From positions 43,116-107,115 of the IMG/VR virus record IMGVR_UViG_3300014720_000019: a stretch of DNA of 64,000 nucleotides. The stretch is one strand, 5' to 3'. The notes under the pieces are model-generated. The model made no database searches, was not told the DNA's origin, and saw only the letters and a list, made by a program, of their open reading frames with translations. Origin of the DNA: a virus. Position numbers and translations under genes: made by a program. This document shows positions 31,785 to 42,600 of this stretch, piece by piece (position 1 is the first letter of the stretch; each line of letters begins with the position of its first letter).

Positions 31785-34119
31785 TTATAAAAGTAGTAGG
31801 TATAATCCCTACTACTTAAAGTTATTACCAGTAGCATCCAGAGAAAGACCACCACAAGCATTAGAGTTTGAAGATATACAAGATATTGCTATTAATAATA
31901 TAAGTACTTATACAAAGAATAACTTTAACACTTATCAAGTGTTATCAGGACTAAAAGTATTACTAATATCTAACAACTCTATAACTCTAAGTCCAGCTAG
32001 AATCCTATTAAATAATTATCCAGTCATAATAGAGACAGATCAAACAACAATTGATTCAACATCTTCTACATTTACTATATACTTAGCTATTAACATAACA
32101 AGACAAGACAATAAATACACCTATAACTATTCTTTCAATACTAATGATGGTTATCCACTTATCCAATGTAATAACGCCTCTTATAAATACCTTGTTAGAG
32201 ATAAGAGTAAAGATTATATAAGACAACAGTTATTTGAGATATATGGCAACTTCATTGAAAAGGGCCTTACATATAAAGACGGGTGTATAACACCTGGTAT
32301 TGCTTATATAAAGGGTAATAAGATAGTAGTTTCATATCACACTCCAATAACAACAAATCTATTAGAATATAAACTAATACTAAATGAGTTAGGACAAGTA
32401 CAGCCTGTATCATCTAACATTAGATTAGATCTTAACAATGTGATTGATCTTGGTACATACTCTAATAATAAGTGGTCCCCTAACAACTACAACAAGCTAA
32501 TAACTAATAAGGATATACAAGTACTACAACAAGGCTTATCTAATATAAGAGATTATCTATTAGAGACGGCCTTATTAAAGCCAATAGATACAACGTCTAA
32601 TCTAATAACTGATACTTTTAATAATACTAACAATGCTGATACTACTAACCCCTTATTTGATTGTGACATAGAACAAGGTAATCTAATACTTAATAAGTTT
32701 AGTAGGATTACAAAGGATATAACAATAAATAATAGAGGTACTAACACTAAGATTACTAATACTAACTCATATGTTATTGTTCAAGACTACACAGAAACAC
32801 CTCTTATATCACAACTAACATCAGACTCATTTATAACAACTAACACATCTTCTAGAGGTGTATTAAAGTTGGGGCCTTCTAAGTTAGACACATCAATATA
32901 TAAGAGAACATCTGATAAGACTATATTACTAACACAAACAGTAATATCAGCAGAAGCATATGGATTAACACCTAACTCATCAGACTTTAGATTAACAGTT
33001 GGTTCCAAACTAATATCAACTATTATTAGAACAGATGCTAATGGAAAGGCTTTATTTAACTTCTCATTACCACAAGGATGTACTGCTAATGACATAATTA
33101 CTGTGCAGAATAACACATCATCTGCTACATCATCATTGTTAGATAATACATACTCAGTTGATAATACTTATATTGGTCAAACGTTTACTATTGATAATGA
33201 CAATACAACTATTGTTGGAGGCTCTTTATATATTAGAAGAGTAGCAGCAGCTAACCCAACTATTAAAGTACTTATTACTAGATATAACAATCAAGTACAA
33301 GAGGTAATAGGTCAGACGATAATAGAGACTATAAACATTAAAACATCTGTTAATGGCACCCTATCAACCCCCTACACATTTGATCTACCAATAACCCTAT
33401 CAAAGGGGCAATATGCACTTGTAATAACATCATTAAACGGGCCAATAGATCTATTCATATCTAATAACAGTTCACTTGTTAATTCAAACTTAATAGCAGT
33501 AACAAATAACACAGCAACCCCTTATCTAAATAAAGACTTAAAGTTTGAGTTGTATAAACCAATATACACATCAACATCAGTACCAACAACAATAACAGTT
33601 AGAGATAACATTGATAAGTTTGACCACATATATTATCCAGGTAAGTTTAGAATTAATAGCATTGAATATACAAATGAAGCACCTATCAACCCCACCAACT
33701 CAATTGACATTGTATTAGACATTAATAAGTACTCTCTTGTATCACCAATACTAATTAGTACTAATAAGACAACATCTACATACATATCAAGAACCATTAG
33801 AACTAACTTTAGTTATAAGAGTGTTTACTTAGAAATGGATGCAATAATACCAGACTCAACAGAAGTAATAGTATACATATCATCCAATCAAGGATATACA
33901 TGGGACCGACTATCTAACCCCACATCATACCTAGTTGATGGCAATGATCAAACATTTAGATACATATATAACAACAATCTATCATCTCTTGTATCAATAA
34001 TTAATCAGGTAGGAGGTACAACACAAGCAACTAGAAACTATCTAACAATTAGAATTGATTTAGCTACACAATCAGACAATAAACCTATAGTAAAAGGCTA
34101 CAAAGCATATACATCATAA
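31762..34119 (+). CDS. Second, shorter DUF4815-like paralog
   Basis: RPPQALEFEDIQ, GNFIEKG, ITPGIAYIKG, GQTF and DLKFELY, collinear with the upstream gene. Confidence 0.7.
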   Translation: MSILNLSNYKSSRYNPYYLKLLPVASRERPPQALEFEDIQDIAINNISTYTKNNFNTYQVLSGLKVLLISNNSITLSPARILLNNYPVIIETDQTTIDSTSSTFTIYLAINITRQDNKYTYNYSFNTNDGYPLIQCNNASYKYLVRDKSKDYIRQQLFEIYGNFIEKGLTYKDGCITPGIAYIKGNKIVVSYHTPITTNLLEYKLILNELGQVQPVSSNIRLDLNNVIDLGTYSNNKWSPNNYNKLITNKDIQVLQQGLSNIRDYLLETALLKPIDTTSNLITDTFNNTNNADTTNPLFDCDIEQGNLILNKFSRITKDITINNRGTNTKITNTNSYVIVQDYTETPLISQLTSDSFITTNTSSRGVLKLGPSKLDTSIYKRTSDKTILLTQTVISAEAYGLTPNSSDFRLTVGSKLISTIIRTDANGKALFNFSLPQGCTANDIITVQNNTSSATSSLLDNTYSVDNTYIGQTFTIDNDNTTIVGGSLYIRRVAAANPTIKVLITRYNNQVQEVIGQTIIETINIKTSVNGTLSTPYTFDLPITLSKGQYALVITSLNGPIDLFISNNSSLVNSNLIAVTNNTATPYLNKDLKFELYKPIYTSTSVPTTITVRDNIDKFDHIYYPGKFRINSIEYTNEAPINPTNSIDIVLDINKYSLVSPILISTNKTTSTYISRTIRTNFSYKSVYLEMDAIIPDSTEVIVYISSNQGYTWDRLSNPTSYLVDGNDQTFRYIYNNNLSSLVSIINQVGGTTQATRNYLTIRIDLATQSDNKPIVKGYKAYTS

Positions 34120-35504
34120 TGACAAACGCACCTATAAGAGTAGGTGGCCAGCCATTACCAGACAGTGTAATACAAGGCACCACAAGATCACCAATAGTAC
34201 CTTTAAATAGAGATTCAAACTCATTAATACAACAAACTGTTGCTATTAAACAATCAATATACAGGGTTAAGTTAACATCTAATGGTAAGACATTCAACAT
34301 GTTATTACCGCCATCAATTGAAACTAAGCACCCTGGTAAGTCTAATCCATTACAAATGCCAGGACTACAAATAGAAGCATCAGCAGCTATATCTAAATTA
34401 AAAATACCAGGCTTCTTTCCCATCTATCAACACCTTGGAGTAGAAACATTAACAGTATCAATGTCAGGCATGTTTACAGGATATGATGGCACTGATACTC
34501 TTGCTAATGCTAGTGAGTGGGAAGGATGGAAGGATCTAACAATTAAAGAGGGTCAAGACTCCTATGCTGCTGCTAATGAGTTATATGAATTTGCAGTTAG
34601 AAATAAATCCCTTATTGAAGTAATAATATACACATCTGATGGCTCATTTACACCTAGAGAAAAGTCAACAGCCACCACATTTAGAGATAGCCAATCTAAC
34701 ATTAGATTTAAGGGTTATATAAAAGACTTCAAACAGATATATGTAAGACAAGATAGAAACTATTACATGTTGAAGTTTGAGATTATAGATTTAACACAAG
34801 CAACTTGTAAGTCCATATCTAATAAAACAGATAATAATACTAATAAAACAAGTCCTATTACATTTGGTAAAAAGATTGATCAATTAACCAACCAAGAAAT
34901 AATTGATATTCAAAAAGTACTAAATAAAAAAGGTTTATACAGAGGGCCTATTAATGGTCAAAATACAGCCGCCTTTCAATCAGTTATTGATTTTGTAAGA
35001 AGACAGTTTAATGTTGATGTTGATAATAATGGAATATACACAGGCACCTCTCAATCAGATAAAAATAGCCCAAATAAAAATAGTACAGACCTAGCAAGAT
35101 TATTAGATGTTATTATTGATAATCCTGGATTATCTACTAACACTAATATATCCTCAAATACCACTACTAATACTAGCAATAATTCTAATAATACAGAATT
35201 AACTCCCTCTAATAATCCAACACCAATTCAACAACAGGCTCAAATAAATAGATCTCAATATAGTAAAGACTTTAGTAATAAATTTCTAACATCAATAAAT
35301 AATAGACAAACTGTATCTGCAACAGATATAAACAAATATTTTAATTATCCTCCATTTAAAAATCAAGACATATATGTAACATATCTTGGTAGTAATAAAA
35401 CGAACAAATCTATATTAGAAATAAAATCAACTACTACAGGATTAAGAATCGGTACATACATTGCTATACCTGATGGAAACAAAGTTAGATTAGATAGATA
35501 CTAA
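34119..35504 (+). CDS. Tail protein (tube-initiator-like N-terminus) with peptidoglycan-binding-like domain
   Basis: KIPGFFPIYQHLG...SGMF...FKGYIKDF pattern. IIDIQKVLNKKGLYRGPING resembles PG_binding_1. Confidence 0.55.
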   Translation: MTNAPIRVGGQPLPDSVIQGTTRSPIVPLNRDSNSLIQQTVAIKQSIYRVKLTSNGKTFNMLLPPSIETKHPGKSNPLQMPGLQIEASAAISKLKIPGFFPIYQHLGVETLTVSMSGMFTGYDGTDTLANASEWEGWKDLTIKEGQDSYAAANELYEFAVRNKSLIEVIIYTSDGSFTPREKSTATTFRDSQSNIRFKGYIKDFKQIYVRQDRNYYMLKFEIIDLTQATCKSISNKTDNNTNKTSPITFGKKIDQLTNQEIIDIQKVLNKKGLYRGPINGQNTAAFQSVIDFVRRQFNVDVDNNGIYTGTSQSDKNSPNKNSTDLARLLDVIIDNPGLSTNTNISSNTTTNTSNNSNNTELTPSNNPTPIQQQAQINRSQYSKDFSNKFLTSINNRQTVSATDINKYFNYPPFKNQDIYVTYLGSNKTNKSILEIKSTTTGLRIGTYIAIPDGNKVRLDRY

Positions 35505-35509
35505 ACAAT

Positions 35510-35941
35510 ATGAACTATTACTATATACCATTAACAGATGACACAACTAACTATTCTAATTACATATCATCTGACTTCAAATTATTCTATTACAACAACT
35601 CTGATTGGTTGGCTCTTAGACCACCAACTTTATACAATTTATATCCACAAGAACTACCTATTACACAAGACCCTTGTTATAGTGGATACATATATGAAGA
35701 TTATAACTTTGAAGGCACCTATTATGGCACCTCATTAACCCCTACAAACACTCTATTATTTGTATATAAACAGTTTAATACTGACATATTATTTCAATCA
35801 ATATACCCACCAACACCCCTATTTAAAGTGCCTAGTAAATCAACTAATTTAGTATTACAGTCAGACTTTATAGAACAGTATATTGGTATTAAACTGCCTA
35901 ATACAAATGACACAATAAACTTATTATTAACAACTAATTAA
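35510..35941 (+). CDS. Hypothetical protein
   Basis: 143-aa ORF in operon. Confidence 0.6.
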   Translation: MNYYYIPLTDDTTNYSNYISSDFKLFYYNNSDWLALRPPTLYNLYPQELPITQDPCYSGYIYEDYNFEGTYYGTSLTPTNTLLFVYKQFNTDILFQSIYPPTPLFKVPSKSTNLVLQSDFIEQYIGIKLPNTNDTINLLLTTN

Positions 35942-35948
35942 ATAACAA

Positions 35949-36413
35949 ATGAGATTCACATTACAATCAAGAAAGAATATATTACAACAAGTAATTACAA
36001 CGCCAGTAGCAATACTTATTAATGCTCCTATATATGGTGGCACATCACCCAACCTATCACAGTTACAAGCACTTGATAATATAACAATGCAAGACGTTGT
36101 TAAATATGAATTAACGGGCACTTATAAGAGGTTTATATTTCCTCAACTAACAATACAAGAAGAGTTAATAGGACAACAAATATATGCCAAAGTGGAAGCA
36201 CCAGTATCTTTTACAACGGCTATTACTAATGCCACACATATATGTTATGTGTACAATGCTTTAGTAGCAGGTGCCACTGATTTAAACTTTAATAATAGGG
36301 GCAATGATCAAGGCATTCCATTACTAGTTAAACCCATATCAGACACGCCACTTAATATTGTTCCACCAGCAACACTAGACTACACATTTGTAATTAGACT
36401 TGGAAGTGGCTAA
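35949..36413 (+). CDS. Hypothetical virion protein
   Basis: 154-aa ORF, TAATG-coupled to the next gene. Confidence 0.6.
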   Translation: MRFTLQSRKNILQQVITTPVAILINAPIYGGTSPNLSQLQALDNITMQDVVKYELTGTYKRFIFPQLTIQEELIGQQIYAKVEAPVSFTTAITNATHICYVYNALVAGATDLNFNNRGNDQGIPLLVKPISDTPLNIVPPATLDYTFVIRLGSG

Positions 36414-37117
36414 TGGCTAGAGAGATTGTAAAAGCATATAACACAACATATGGTGAGTTAGATGATGCTCTTATAAACATAGATGTTACATGGGGGCAAC
36501 TAAGAACATGGGATAAGTTTAAGTTTGCTAAGCATCCCTATAAAACTTATTATATAAACCCTTTATCAAATAACATTGATGAGGTATTTGGTCCATATAA
36601 AGTGTTTGATATATTAGGTAATACGCTTCAAGTTGAAAGAACATCTAACTCTTTTAAAGCATCTAAAGATCTAATTAAATGTGGACCAATTATTACCTAT
36701 TTAAAGACTGATACAAGTTTATACATGTTATTTGTATCAAGAAACGCTGTGACTAACCCATTACAACAAGAAGACATAATTGTTAGTACTATTCAACAGA
36801 GCACCATATCTATACACAACACAACACAATTACCCATCTATTATGCGTTAGAAGCCACCCCAGAACCATCTATTAATCTAGTAGAAGTGGCACCTAATGT
36901 AATAGAGATAATACAACCAACATCTGCATTATATTTACAGATAATAGTTAACAATAATCTAGTAAACATTAACAGTACAAACACAAGAACAAAGACTATT
37001 AATAATAAATACTTATTAGTATGTCCATCTATCATATCTAAGATACAAGTAGCCAAGTTAACAGGTAATCCAATATCCACTATAACTGATGAGTTAGATC
37101 TAACAATAACAATTTAA
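36413..37117 (+). CDS. Hypothetical protein
   Basis: 234-aa ORF in operon. Confidence 0.6.
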   Translation: MAREIVKAYNTTYGELDDALINIDVTWGQLRTWDKFKFAKHPYKTYYINPLSNNIDEVFGPYKVFDILGNTLQVERTSNSFKASKDLIKCGPIITYLKTDTSLYMLFVSRNAVTNPLQQEDIIVSTIQQSTISIHNTTQLPIYYALEATPEPSINLVEVAPNVIEIIQPTSALYLQIIVNNNLVNINSTNTRTKTINNKYLLVCPSIISKIQVAKLTGNPISTITDELDLTITI

Positions 37118-37121
37118 TACT

Positions 37122-38864
37122 ATGGGCAGACCACAAGCTGAATACACTACAAAAGACTTCTTAAATGATTTATTAGCAGATCTAACGGAGGTCACAATAA
37201 ACACGCCACAAGGTAGCAATATAGACATTGTTACCTTTGCTAATTCAATACTATTTAATGATGGTGATACTAAGTTATGGCCAACACAAGAAGCCATATT
37301 AAAGGCCATATATAATGAGCCCCTTGATCAAGTACATAAAGACATACTTAATCTATGGAGAGAACAAGGAAAGACTAATTGGTTAGAGGGCAGACATTAT
37401 ACCAACTTAATACTAGAAGCTGGAAGAGGCGCTTCTAAGTCAAGTCTAAGTTCTATTATATGTTTATATGAGTTTTATACACTCATATCATTAAAAGATC
37501 CAGGTCTTCATTATGGTCTGATGTCCTTCTCCCCAATAGCCTTATTTGCAATAGCACAAACAGCAGACCAAGTATCAGAGACAAGTTTTAAAGCTATTAA
37601 GTCCTTTCTAGAGAACTCTAACTTCTTTAAATCTCTTATCAAGAAGAAGAAAATAATAGTACTCAGTGATGAGATTAGATGTCCTGATAAATTTGTATCA
37701 CTTTTTGCTAAGCATACCAACTCTAAAGCACTAGTTGGTTATAACTTAAAGATGTTATTTATTGATGAGATGGCCCGTTTTGAAACAACAGCAGATGGTA
37801 TTAATACTGGTTTAAATATATATCAGAACACTGGTAAGGGATTAAATAGATTCAAGGGAAAAGGTAAGAAGATAGTAGTATCATCTGCTTGGTCTTTTAC
37901 TGATCCAATGGTAACACTTAAACACCAAGCACAAGGAGACCCCTACTCATTAGTAATGGAGTTAACATGTTTTGATGTTAATCCAACCATTACTAGAAGT
38001 AATCCTGATGTGATATCTGAGTATGCCTCCGATCCAAAGAGAGCTAGACTAGAGTATGAGAACATAAGATCATCCAATGAAAGCGCCTTCTTTGAAGCCT
38101 CCTTATTAGATGAGTTATGTAAGATTCAATCATCAATTGATGTTACTGAATATAACTTAGACATTGAGGATAGAGGTTATAAAGGCATAAGAATTAATAG
38201 AATATCCAACATTAATAGTGCTTGTTTTATACATGTTGACACTAGTGTTAAGAAGGATGCAACAGCATTATCAATAGCAACTATCAATAATAATGGACAA
38301 ATAGAAATAATAGGTGTAGCTTGTTGGACACCAGGCATTGATGAGTATGGTAAGTTTAGAGAGGTGTCATATATAAACATTGAAGAGATATTGATATACA
38401 TATCACAATACATGAACATCATGTCTATATCATTTGATGGTTTTAACTCAAGTTCTCTAAATCAAAACTTATATAGTAGAGGCCTAAATACTAAGATAGT
38501 ATCATTCTCAAGAGAGAAACAATTATCCTATTACAACTTACTTAGACAGTTAATACAAAGAGGTGACGTGTTATTTCCTAGAGATAGTCCTTGGACGGGT
38601 ATTATAAAAACCGATCTACCCTCACTAGTTATTAAAGACAATGGACAGATTGTTCATCCATATGGGTCTAAGGACTTACCAGACGCACTAGCTGTTTCTG
38701 TCTTTGAAGCTTATACATATGGTTCTGCTTGTAATCTTATTAATAAGATAGAGATGAACGCACCTAAACTATTGAATATAAATACTCCTAGAAAGATAAC
38801 AGTCGGAGGCTCTATAAATAGATTACAACAACATAAGCTGAGAGCTAAATATAACTATTACTAA
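37122..38864 (+). CDS. terL: Terminase large subunit
   Basis: LWPTQ (Q motif), Walker A GRGASKS, Walker B LFIDE, VSS; RNase H-like IHVDTS, SFDGFNS and SKDLPDA. Confidence 0.88.
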   Translation: MGRPQAEYTTKDFLNDLLADLTEVTINTPQGSNIDIVTFANSILFNDGDTKLWPTQEAILKAIYNEPLDQVHKDILNLWREQGKTNWLEGRHYTNLILEAGRGASKSSLSSIICLYEFYTLISLKDPGLHYGLMSFSPIALFAIAQTADQVSETSFKAIKSFLENSNFFKSLIKKKKIIVLSDEIRCPDKFVSLFAKHTNSKALVGYNLKMLFIDEMARFETTADGINTGLNIYQNTGKGLNRFKGKGKKIVVSSAWSFTDPMVTLKHQAQGDPYSLVMELTCFDVNPTITRSNPDVISEYASDPKRARLEYENIRSSNESAFFEASLLDELCKIQSSIDVTEYNLDIEDRGYKGIRINRISNINSACFIHVDTSVKKDATALSIATINNNGQIEIIGVACWTPGIDEYGKFREVSYINIEEILIYISQYMNIMSISFDGFNSSSLNQNLYSRGLNTKIVSFSREKQLSYYNLLRQLIQRGDVLFPRDSPWTGIIKTDLPSLVIKDNGQIVHPYGSKDLPDALAVSVFEAYTYGSACNLINKIEMNAPKLLNINTPRKITVGGSINRLQQHKLRAKYNYY

Positions 38865-38875
38865 CTACTAATAAC

Positions 38876-39661
38876 ATGCTTATAAGAACACCAATTATAT
38901 TCACCTTAGAACCATTTATAGAAACACAACAAGATCCTATAATACCTCAACCAACTACAATAACCCCTGACAATGAGTTAGATTTAGTAACAGTGCCCAT
39001 CTTCTTAGCACCTAGATACTATTTAAAGATAAGAGCCCCTCATAATATTAGAAATGATGCGTTTTATATACCATCTGATTACACATACTATATTCCTTGG
39101 GAAGGTATATACAAAGATCAAATAAGACTAGCATTACCACCAACAATTGGGTGGGGAGAAGGCTCTTGTTACACCGTTGAATATTGGGAATGGACACCAG
39201 TTGTAAGACCCTTGTTATATAAGAAGAGACCTACTAAACACCGTCATATAAAGACTGAACACTGGTTAATACCCCATCCATCTAATAGATATTTAGTCAA
39301 TTATCAATACATAGATAGATATAGATTTAACACGTTAAAGTTAACACTGACATCAACTGGCTCTCCTATATCATTAGCTAATAATAATGACGTATTAGTT
39401 GTGACATCTATTAATAAAACAAGTAACTATTCAATATCCCCTGTTATAGCTACTAATACAAGTCTAATACAAAGGGCTGTTAATTATGACAAGACAGCAG
39501 ACTTACTACTAACAACTGATATACCTACAGATCAAGTATTTACTATTAACTACATTAAACCAGTAGACATAAGAAACATTCTATTTAAGAACAGTTTATT
39601 CCCACAAAACATATATATTAACAACAGCACCTTCTTACAAAATCAACCAGTAACCTTTTAA
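38876..39661 (+). CDS. Hypothetical protein
   Basis: 261-aa ORF between terL and the giant gene. Confidence 0.65.
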   Translation: MLIRTPIIFTLEPFIETQQDPIIPQPTTITPDNELDLVTVPIFLAPRYYLKIRAPHNIRNDAFYIPSDYTYYIPWEGIYKDQIRLALPPTIGWGEGSCYTVEYWEWTPVVRPLLYKKRPTKHRHIKTEHWLIPHPSNRYLVNYQYIDRYRFNTLKLTLTSTGSPISLANNNDVLVVTSINKTSNYSISPVIATNTSLIQRAVNYDKTADLLLTTDIPTDQVFTINYIKPVDIRNILFKNSLFPQNIYINNSTFLQNQPVTF

Positions 39662-39670
39662 CAAACAACA

Positions 39671-42600
39671 ATGAATCTACTTGGTAAAATTGCAACAGGA
39701 TTAGGATTATATAGTGCCACCTCACTAGGATGGGGTGTACTTAATAATGACTTTAATCCATATCAACAAGGTGACTGGAATTGGCAATACAAAGGGGCCT
39801 CATACAGTGATAGAGTTGGTAATTTTACAATGTTTAGTGATAACAAAAGTAGATATAATGACTATTTAAAAGGCTATAACAAGACAGTTGGATATGATTT
39901 TAACTTAGTTGGCATTGATCCACAGCAAGTTAAAAGACAACAAATAATAGAGGACAACTTATATAAACAAGGTACTCTATCTTCTAATGAGAATCTAGCA
40001 CTTATTGGTAATCCAACTGGAGCTAATACAACATCTAGTAATAACTTAATACTAGAGAATAAAGTAGGTGGTAGATCATTATTTGTTACAAGTTTTAATG
40101 AAGAGAAAAAGAGGCCTAATTGGGTAGCTTATAACATTAGAAAGGAGAATCTTGGATCAACAGAAAGAGCAAACATATTTACGTACGACACTAATGTTGA
40201 TAGTAGATATCAGATGCTTGATAGTGGAGTAAAGGGCTTTCAAAGAGGCCACAACTTTCCATCATCTCTAGCAACTGCTAATGAGGATATAAACAAAGCA
40301 ACATTTGTTATCACTAATATGACCGCACAAGCAGGAGAGCTAAACACTGGTGCATGGAAGTACTTGGAACACTATTTAAGAGATCAAGTAAAAGATAATA
40401 ATCAACAAGTAGTTGTATTAAGTGGTAATTATGGCAGTGGTGGTATAGGAACACAAGGCTATAGAAAATATGTTGATGGAGTTGAAGTTCCAAGTATTAT
40501 GTGGAAGGTTGCAATCTTCTTAGATAGTAATGGCAAAATATCATCTAATAGTAAAAGCATTGTTACCGCATTTCCTAACCAACAAAATGTTAATAGTGAT
40601 TGGAGAAGATATCAATTAAAGAATGGTAATGATTTAAAGACTCTACTAAACACAGAAAGATTATTACCCGCCCTAGACAAAGAAACAGAAGAGGCCGTCT
40701 TAAAAAATGCTTTTAGTTTGCCAGATGATAAGAGTAAACTATTAAGCTTAGATAATCTAGTAAATAACAACTTTATGAATGAAGCTGTTATATCTACTAG
40801 AGCAAGAGAGAAAGGCATTCATAATCCTTTACTAGGTCCCTTATTTGATCCTTCAAAGTCAATGAAGGGTGTTGTCATATCAAACAAGAGAACTCACTCT
40901 GAATCATTTGAACTAGCTAGATACAATGCATCTATGATGGGTACTGGCCGTTTCACATCAGCAATAGAAGTGACTGATATGAGTACAGTGCAAGGCCTAA
41001 TGTATCTAGCAAAAGGAGATCAAATGACATGGGGGGATAAGAAGATAGCAGAGGTGTTTGATTATGCTGCTAATTCACCCTCTTTAGCATCTAGGATTAA
41101 TGAGTACTTCTTTATACCTAATGGCATGGGTAGAGTGTATAAAGAAGAGAAGGGCTTTATACCCTCATTATTTGGTGCTGTTGGTGCTCTCATTGATCAA
41201 TCATATATAACTAATAACCCAGTATTAAAGTCATATAAGAGTGACGCTGACAGTTACTACACAACAAAGAATAGTATATTTCAAGACTTACTAGAAAACT
41301 CATCAGCAGCCATACTAGCAACAACCTCATCAATTGGTGTGTACTTAGCAGTTGGTGAGCCTTTAAAGGCAATGCTGTCTAAGAGCATATTAGACACACA
41401 AAAGGCCCTAATAGATGCGTCTGACAGTCACTCCATTAAGAAGAATAGTAGTACTAGTAGTAATCCACTAGTTAGACAATTGACAGAAGCAAAACATAGA
41501 ATTGCTAATGTATTAATTGGAGGAGATAAAGACACAAATGTTGGCTTTAAGTTGCAACAGATTGAAAGAGCAATGGGGCCAAATGCAAACACGCCATACT
41601 ATGATGTAAAGAATGGCACCTTATCAGCCTACTATCTTGACAACTATGCTAGATATAGAGGAGCATCATTCTTTGAATCAACCGCACAACACTTCTTATT
41701 AGACATAGTTAATCCATACACTGTTGGCAAGGCTGAATATATAAAACTTAGAAGCGCTATTAATGATTATGTTAATGAGGTGTATAGACCTGCTGATATT
41801 AAGATCGTTGATAGAGCTAAGCCTATATCAGGTGTAGCTAGAACAATTGAATGGGCATCAGAGACAATTGATATTGACTTTAATGGTGATAAGAGAGCTA
41901 TTAAGATTGGCACTGCAATAGAAGCAATCAGAAATAAGACCGCCTTAGTTGATCCTACCAATAAAGGTGTAACTAGAGCTATGGATTCTGTTCTAATTGA
42001 TGAGATTAATGACGTTGTTAATAAGAAGTATGCAGTAGATATTACTAATGTGTCACTAGAAAGAAGCATGATACTTGCTAAGAAGACACAAGCAATATTA
42101 AACCTAATACCTATGCCCTGGGCTTGGGGCATATTTGCTGGCAGGCAAGATAAAGTTACAGCCCCTATGATTGGTAACTTGTTAGACATTGAAGGCTTTA
42201 CAAGACATATTAATGCGTCTATTAGTAATCAAGGATTCTGGGGTGCTGCTAATGAGTTTATGTACTTCAACATTGATGGCAATAACAGTAATAACGCTGC
42301 TTACAGAATAACTAATCACATAGCAACAAGTACTAGAGCAATACTAGCATTCAATGATAGAGGGGGCCAATCAAAGGCAGACTTAGAAGCAATTGAACAA
42401 GTTGCAAGTACATACTCTAATGCTGAGAAGGTAGTAGTAGAGAGACTTGATAAGGCTGAGAAAGCTAGATCATATAAGTCCTCAACAACACTAGGTAGAG
42501 AGATATTTAACACTGACGCTTTAAATCAAGATGAAGTGTTAGAATTGTTAGACCTTGAAGCTAACTATCAAAGTGAATGGAAGAAAGCATCTGGTAGTAG

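Noticed and set aside
25097-34119. Diversity-generating retroelement or invertible fibre cassette
   Set aside because: No reverse transcriptase, recombinase or template/variable repeat pair seen.
6255-35504. Bacterial contractile injection system or tailocin
   Set aside because: Capsid, terminase and phage metabolic genes are present, so this is a phage.
37122-38864. Intein or intron in terminase
   Set aside because: Normal length, with no splicing or LAGLIDADG motifs.
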